In this document: piece by piece, positions 58,602 to 64,000 of the stretch
How the letters are laid out: each line of letters begins with the position of its first letter
Numbering within the stretch: position 1 is the stretch's first letter
From: Sulfurovum sp.
GTDB taxonomy: Bacteria > Campylobacterota > Campylobacteria > Campylobacterales > Sulfurovaceae
Assembly: GCA_026989435.1 (NCBI GenBank)
Contig: JALSJI010000033.1
Span: 2,560 to 66,559, forward strand
Reading direction: 5' to 3'
Length of the DNA: 64,000 bases
Position numbers and translations under genes: made by a program
Notes under the pieces: model-generated
Databases searched by the model: none
What the model saw: only the letters and a program-made list of their open reading frames with translations
What the model was told of the DNA's origin: nothing

Positions 58602-59774
58602 TTACGCTCCCTTTGCCGCAGCCACTGATTTTGCAGCACCGTCGCCCAAATCACTGGCAACTATTAAATTTTGAATATTTGCATTTTTAAGTATCTCGGA
58701 TGCCTCCGGAGCATTCGTACCGTCAAGTCTTACCACAACAGGCACATGCACATCTGTAAGTTTTGTTGCCTCAATAATGCCGTTTGCAATTCTGTCACAG
58801 CGTACAATCCCTCCAAAAATATTGACGAAAATTGCTTTTACTTTTGGATTTTTCAGAATAATTTCAAAACCTTTTGCAACGGTTTCGGCATTGGCTGAAC
58901 CACCTACGTCTAGGAAATTTGCCGGTGTACCGCCCATATAATTAATCGTATCCATTGTACCCATTGCCAATCCTGCTCCGTTTACCATGCAACCAATTTC
59001 ACCATCAAGTGCCACATAAGAAAGCCCATATTTTGCTGCTTCTACTTCATCGGGATCCTCTTCAGACAAATCTCTCATTGCAGCAATCTCAGGCTGTCTG
59101 TAGAGTGCAGAGTTGTCAAATCCCATTTTTCCGTCTAGTGCTAAAAATTCACCTGAGCCTGTACGTACAAGAGGGTTAATCTCTATTAATTCCGCATCAT
59201 TTTCCATATAAAGCATAAAAAGTTTTTGAGCAAACGAGATGATATTTTTTTGTTCTGCTTTGTCTGTAATACCAAGACCAAATGCTAATTCACGTCCATG
59301 AAATCCCTGAAAACCGATAGCCGGATCAACAGGAACCGTAATGATTTTTTCCGGTGTTTTTTCTGCAACATCTTCAATATTCATACCCCCTTCGGTAGAA
59401 GCCATAATAAGAGGCATTTCCAATTTTCTGTCAAGTATCACGGAAAGATAAAACTCATCTTTAATATCTGCACCATCTTCGATATAAAGTTTCTGAACAA
59501 GTTTCCCTTCCGGTCCCGTTTGGTGTGTCACAAGTGTCATACCAAGAATCTCATCTGCCAATATTCTTACCTCATCAAGTGATTTGGCCAGTTTTACACC
59601 ACCGCCCAAACCACGGCCTCCTGCGTGTATTTGCGCTTTAACCACCCATATTGGCCCACCTAACTCTTTGGCGGCTTCGACTGCGGCATCTACACTCTCT
59701 ACCATAATACCTTTTGGTGTGGGTACACCATATTTTGCAAAAATCTGTTTTGCTTGATACTCATGAACGTTCAC
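58602..59774 (-). CDS. sucC: Succinyl-CoA synthetase beta subunit
   Basis: [33 protein letters not shown]. Confidence 0.98.
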   Translation of the reverse strand: MNVHEYQAKQIFAKYGVPTPKGIMVESVDAAVEAAKELGGPIWVVKAQIHAGGRGLGGGVKLAKSLDEVRILADEILGMTLVTHQTGPEGKLVQKLYIEDGADIKDEFYLSVILDRKLEMPLIMASTEGGMNIEDVAEKTPEKIITVPVDPAIGFQGFHGRELAFGLGITDKAEQKNIISFAQKLFMLYMENDAELIEINPLVRTGSGEFLALDGKMGFDNSALYRQPEIAAMRDLSEEDPDEVEAAKYGLSYVALDGEIGCMVNGAGLAMGTMDTINYMGGTPANFLDVGGSANAETVAKGFEIILKNPKVKAIFVNIFGGIVRCDRIANGIIEATKLTDVHVPVVVRLDGTNAPEASEILKNANIQNLIVASDLGDGAAKSVAAAKGA

Positions 59775-59904
59775 TACCTACTCCTTGTCAATAATGCGTG
59801 GATTATACCCTTTTTGTTACTAAATAATAATTAAATAAGAGAATTTAATAGAAGTTTAGGACTAATGTGCTATGTATTTACACAGCACTAAGAAAAACAG
59901 GACA

Positions 59905-61299
59905 CTATTTAGGTGCGATCATCTCTTCAGGCTTGACATATTTATCAAACTCTTCAGCAGTCATAAATCCTAATGCCACCGCTTCTTCTTTTAATGTTGT
60001 ACCCTTTGCATGAGCACTCTTTGCAATTTTAGCTGCATTCTCATACCCAATATGCGGATTCAGTGCAGTTACAAGCATAAGCGAATCATTTAAAAAACGA
60101 TCAATATTGTCTCTAATTGGTTCTATACCTTGGGCACAGTTTTTATCAAATGAGCGCATTGCATCGCTTAGAAGCCTAATCGACTGAAGTACATTAAATG
60201 CAATCACAGGCTTATAGACATTGAGTTCAAAGTTACCTTGAGAGGCTGCAAAACCTACCGCAGTATCATTCCCCATCACCTGCACAGCAACCATAGTGAT
60301 AGCTTCAGCCTGAGTGGGATTTACTTTACCCGGCATAATAGATGAACCCGGTTCATTGGCAGGAATTTCTATCTCTCCAAGACCGCATCTAGGGCCTGAT
60401 GCTAGCCATCTAATATCATTGGCAATTTTCATAAGATTTGCAGCAAGTGCTTTGAGTGCACCTGAGAGTACTACTTCGGCATCATGACCTGTCAATGCAT
60501 GAAACTTGTTTGGTTGAGAGACAAAACCGTAATTTTTAGGCATAAATGTATTGAGTTTCTCAGAGACCTTTTGAGAAAATTCCGGATGAGAATTCAGTCC
60601 CGTACCCACCGCAGTGCCGCCAATAGCAAGCTCTTTGCAATAAACGAGTGCATCATTGATCTGTCTTAGATTCGTCTCTAACATTGCTACATACCCAGAG
60701 AGTTCTTGTCCTAGGGTAAGAGGAGTTGCATCTTGCAAATGGGTTCTACCAATTTTGACCACATCCGAAAATGCTTCGGATTTAGCTTGAAGTGTGCTTT
60801 TAAGTTGCTTAAGTGCAGGAATAAGATTGTCTGTTACGGCAATCACTTCGGCAATACGCATACCTGTAGGGAATGTATCGTTGGAACTCTGTCCTTTGTT
60901 GACATCATCATTAGGGTGAACAAGATTTTCTTTGGTAAAATCCCCGCCTAAGATCTCTGTGGCTTTATTGGCAACAACTTCATTGATATTCATATTTGAT
61001 TGTGTGCCTGATCCCGTTTGCCATACAACTAAAGGGAAGTTATCATCAAGCTCTCCGGCTAAAATAAGATCACACGCTTGCGCAATGGCACCACTCACCT
61101 CATCGGACATACGTTCTAAATCATTATTCACCAATGCACAGGCTTTTTTTAAATTAGCAAACCCATACACTACCTCTAATGGCATTGTCTCATTACCGAT
61201 TTTAAAGTTTTGTATCGACCGCTGTGTCTGCGCAGCCCAATATTTATCAGCGGGAACCTTCATCTCCCCCATGGTATCTTTTTCTATTCTATAATCCAT
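59905..61299 (-). CDS. fumC: Class II fumarate hydratase
   Basis: [27 protein letters not shown]. Confidence 0.97.
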   Translation of the reverse strand: MDYRIEKDTMGEMKVPADKYWAAQTQRSIQNFKIGNETMPLEVVYGFANLKKACALVNNDLERMSDEVSGAIAQACDLILAGELDDNFPLVVWQTGSGTQSNMNINEVVANKATEILGGDFTKENLVHPNDDVNKGQSSNDTFPTGMRIAEVIAVTDNLIPALKQLKSTLQAKSEAFSDVVKIGRTHLQDATPLTLGQELSGYVAMLETNLRQINDALVYCKELAIGGTAVGTGLNSHPEFSQKVSEKLNTFMPKNYGFVSQPNKFHALTGHDAEVVLSGALKALAANLMKIANDIRWLASGPRCGLGEIEIPANEPGSSIMPGKVNPTQAEAITMVAVQVMGNDTAVGFAASQGNFELNVYKPVIAFNVLQSIRLLSDAMRSFDKNCAQGIEPIRDNIDRFLNDSLMLVTALNPHIGYENAAKIAKSAHAKGTTLKEEAVALGFMTAEEFDKYVKPEEMIAPK

Positions 61300-61416
61300 T
61301 TATCTATTCCTTGTCATTATCTACAATAAGATATTCTACATCACTTCAGATTAAGTATCTATGAAGTACCTAATATATACTAAGTAATCAACCTAATATA
61401 AAGATATTAAAATAAT

Positions 61417-62373
61417 TTACTTGATATCAAAAAATTTAATTTTCTCTAATTTGTCAACCATCTCCTGTACCGCGGCAACAGAGTTTTTAAAACGTGTTAT
61501 CTGTAACGGCTTCAGCGTCATCTGAATTACCTGTTCTGCTCCGCCTGCACCTATCATAACAGGCACGCCTGATACAATATCCGAATACCCGTAATTATTC
61601 TCAAGCATCACGGCACATGAATGTATCTGATTGGTATCTCTTAAAATAGCTTCTATCATAACTAAAGTAGATTTTGCCGGAGCATAATAAGCCGATCCAT
61701 CCCCCAAAAGATTTACAATTTCTGCACCGCCGTTTCTTGTCTTTTGTACAATTTCACCAATCTCGTCTGAATCAAGCAAATCTTCAATCGGCACACCGGC
61801 AACCGTTGTAAACTTGGGAAGCGGCACCATGGTATCTCCATGTCCACCCATCACGGTGGCACGTATCTGTCCTGCACCGTACTCAAGTTTTTCAAAGATA
61901 AAATGAGCCATGCGGGCACTGTCAAGAATACCTGCCATACCTAAAACTCTCTCTCTTGGAAACCCTGTTACCTTCAGTACGACATAAGTCATTGCATCAA
62001 GCGGATTAGAGACGACAATAACAATCGAATCCGGGGCATATTTCTTGATTTCAAGAGCATATTTTTTAACTATTTCTGCATTTTTAAATAAAAGATCATC
62101 TCTACTCATACCCGGTGTTCTAGGGGCACCTGCAGTAATTACGACTACATCCGAATCTACCATAGACTCAGGACCTTTACCTGCTTTTACAACAGTATGT
62201 TGTCTGGCAGCATTGGCTGCTTGAGACATATCAAGTGCCTTTCCTTTTGCTACATTATAATTTCTGCCGCGTAGTATAATATTGTGACATACACCGTTCA
62301 TTGCCAAAAGAAATGCCACCGTTGATCCAAAATTTCCAGTGCCGATAACGGTTACTTTTTTACCCTTTGCCAT
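61417..62373 (-). CDS. mdh: LDH-like malate dehydrogenase
   Basis: GTGNFG, PRTPGMSRDDL, SNPLD, GGHGD. Confidence 0.95.
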   Translation of the reverse strand: MAKGKKVTVIGTGNFGSTVAFLLAMNGVCHNIILRGRNYNVAKGKALDMSQAANAARQHTVVKAGKGPESMVDSDVVVITAGAPRTPGMSRDDLLFKNAEIVKKYALEIKKYAPDSIVIVVSNPLDAMTYVVLKVTGFPRERVLGMAGILDSARMAHFIFEKLEYGAGQIRATVMGGHGDTMVPLPKFTTVAGVPIEDLLDSDEIGEIVQKTRNGGAEIVNLLGDGSAYYAPAKSTLVMIEAILRDTNQIHSCAVMLENNYGYSDIVSGVPVMIGAGGAEQVIQMTLKPLQITRFKNSVAAVQEMVDKLEKIKFFDIK

Positions 62374-62534
62374 ACTGATCCTTTATTAATTAATCCTTAA
62401 ATATATAATACACATAGTTTTCAACACACTTTTTTGATAGAGACAAAGACCCTTTTTAACAAGACATCACTCATAACTTCTATTATCAATGATATTTTGC
62501 AAATTCACAAAAAGTACATGCTATAACAATAAAA

Positions 62535-62570
62535 CAAAAAAAGAAGAATTATACAGGAACAATCCTGTAT
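62535..62570 (-). terminator. Hairpin/terminator after icd
   Basis: ATACAGGA-N4-TCCTGTAT followed on the minus strand by a U-rich tail. Confidence 0.5.
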
Positions 62571-62592
62571 TTGAGTAGTCTATATAATCTAT

Positions 62593-64000
62593 TTATATAG
62601 CATCTATAATAGCGTTAAGTGTAGCAGAAGGTCTCATAGCCTTAGCAGCCAACTCATCGTTTGGATGAAAATATCCTCCAATATCCTGTGCTTTACCCTC
62701 TACAGCCAAAAGTTCCTCAATAATTTTATCTTCATTCTCTTTCAGGGCTTTAGCAACCGGTGCAAACTTCTCCGCAAGTTCTGCATCCTCACCATTGGCA
62801 AGTGCCTCTGCCCAATACATAGCCAAATAGAAATGTGATGCCTTATTGTCTGGTTGTCCTACTTTTCTTCCGGGCGCTTTATTATTGTCAAGATAGCCTT
62901 CATTTGCTTTATCCAACGCTTTTGTCAGTGCTGCAAGTTTTATATCATCATGCTTTTGACCAATAAATCTAAGCGACTCGGCCAATGCCAAAAATTCACC
63001 CAATGAATCCCATCTTAAGTGCCCCTCTGCCAAAAATTGATCCACGTGTTTCGGTGCAGAACCTCCCGCACCCGTCTCATACAATCCACCGCCGGCTAAT
63101 AGAGGTACGATGGAGAGCATTTTTGCAGATGTTCCAAGCTCTAAAATTGGGTACATATCTGTTAGGTGATCTCTAAGCACGTTACCTGTTACGGCAATAG
63201 TGCTCTCACCTTTTCTAATACGTTCATTTGTGAATCGCGTTGCATCTGTAACATTCATAATTTTAATATCAAGACCATCGGTATCTAATTCAGAAAGATA
63301 TTTTTTTACTTTCTTAATCACTTGGGCATCATGTGCTCTATTCTCATCTAACCAGAATACAACGGGATAACCTTCAATTTTTCCTCTCTCAACTGCTAAT
63401 CTTACCCAGTCTTTAACAGGAATATCTTTTGTCCTACTCATTCTCCAAATATCACCTTTTTCACACTCATGCGACATCAGTACGGTACCATCTTCCGTAG
63501 TCACCGTTACCGTACCCGACTCTTCCAATTCAAAGGTTGTCGGATGAGAGCCGTACTCTTCAGCTTTTTGTGCCATAAGACCAATATTTTGCATGGTTCC
63601 CATCGTTGCAACATCGAATTGGCCATTTTTCACACAATCGGCTACCATCTCCTCATGGAACATCGCATAGGTACTATCAGGAATGACTGCCACACATTCA
63701 TCGGCCGCTCCTGTTCTATCCCATTGCTTACCGCCCTCGCGAACGACTACGGGCATAGATGCATCAATAATCACATCATTGGATGCATTAAAGTTTGTCT
63801 CTCCTTTATCTGAATCCACCATAGCAATTCTTGGAGCATCCGATTCAACAGCCGCAAGGAAGTCCGCTTTGATCTCTGCCTCTTTTGGATGACCCGCAAT
63901 TTTTTTCTCTAAGTCGGACATACCCAAATTTGGATTTACACCCAACTCTTGAAATGTCTGAGCATGTTTTTTAAAGACATCTTCAAAGAAAATTTCAAAT
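62593..64000 (-). CDS. icd: Monomeric NADP-dependent isocitrate dehydrogenase (5' part outside the window)
   Basis: [47 protein letters not shown]. Confidence 0.96.
   Translation of the reverse strand, partial: FEIFFEDVFKKHAQTFQELGVNPNLGMSDLEKKIAGHPKEAEIKADFLAAVESDAPRIAMVDSDKGETNFNASNDVIIDASMPVVVREGGKQWDRTGAADECVAVIPDSTYAMFHEEMVADCVKNGQFDVATMGTMQNIGLMAQKAEEYGSHPTTFELEESGTVTVTTEDGTVLMSHECEKGDIWRMSRTKDIPVKDWVRLAVERGKIEGYPVVFWLDENRAHDAQVIKKVKKYLSELDTDGLDIKIMNVTDATRFTNERIRKGESTIAVTGNVLRDHLTDMYPILELGTSAKMLSIVPLLAGGGLYETGAGGSAPKHVDQFLAEGHLRWDSLGEFLALAESLRFIGQKHDDIKLAALTKALDKANEGYLDNNKAPGRKVGQPDNKASHFYLAMYWAEALANGEDAELAEKFAPVAKALKENEDKIIEELLAVEGKAQDIGGYFHPNDELAAKAMRPSATLNAIIDAI

Noticed and set aside
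1-64000. CRISPR arrays, tRNA/rRNA, IS or prophage genes, selenocysteine read-through, remaining short antisense ORFs
   Set aside because: No spaced repeats, cloverleaves, transposase or integrase motifs, or TGA-interrupted conserved genes were seen by eye; the short ORFs lie inside well-supported genes

Overview
A 64 kb gene-dense stretch of core chromosome from a Campylobacterota bacterium, most likely Sulfurovum or a close relative (inferred from gene order, TGnTATAAT-type promoters and protein families). It holds: rseP-yggS; an oxidative-stress cluster (ankyrin, nickel SOD sodN, sodX, facing perR and ahpC); an inserted GH140/DUF4038-like lipoprotein; the mqnL/hemC/dsb/fxsA/proS/hemA/polyprenyl synthase block; rsmH-ftsL-RND; ppiD-ftsA-ftsZ; apaH, prmC, uup, thrC, argB, lpxK, cmoB, rny, ftsY, radA, acpS, argD; RNase P RNA; glutaminase; and icd-mdh-fumC-sucCD. 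I saw no CRISPR array, tRNA, rRNA, IS element or prophage. The best leads lie outside the ORF track. (1) A candidate mini-regulon: an atypical HsrA/CosR-like response regulator followed by a 59-aa membrane-anchored KCxxGKCxxGKC peptide, whose promoter layout (tandem TTTGACA, 9 nt, then -10) is shared with a distant 51-aa very acidic protein. (2) A promoter-bearing ~155-nt long-hairpin RNA with anti-Shine-Dalgarno segments between argB and thrC. (3) A NiSOD module with long intercistronic hairpins. (4) Altered housekeeping genes: ProRS with an eroded editing domain, MDH with an NADP-type Gly-Arg fingerprint, a TlpA-like protein without CxxC, RNase P RNA with an expanded P12, and a frameshifted methyltransferase. 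All calls come from reading the sequence by eye; no searches or folding programs were run.
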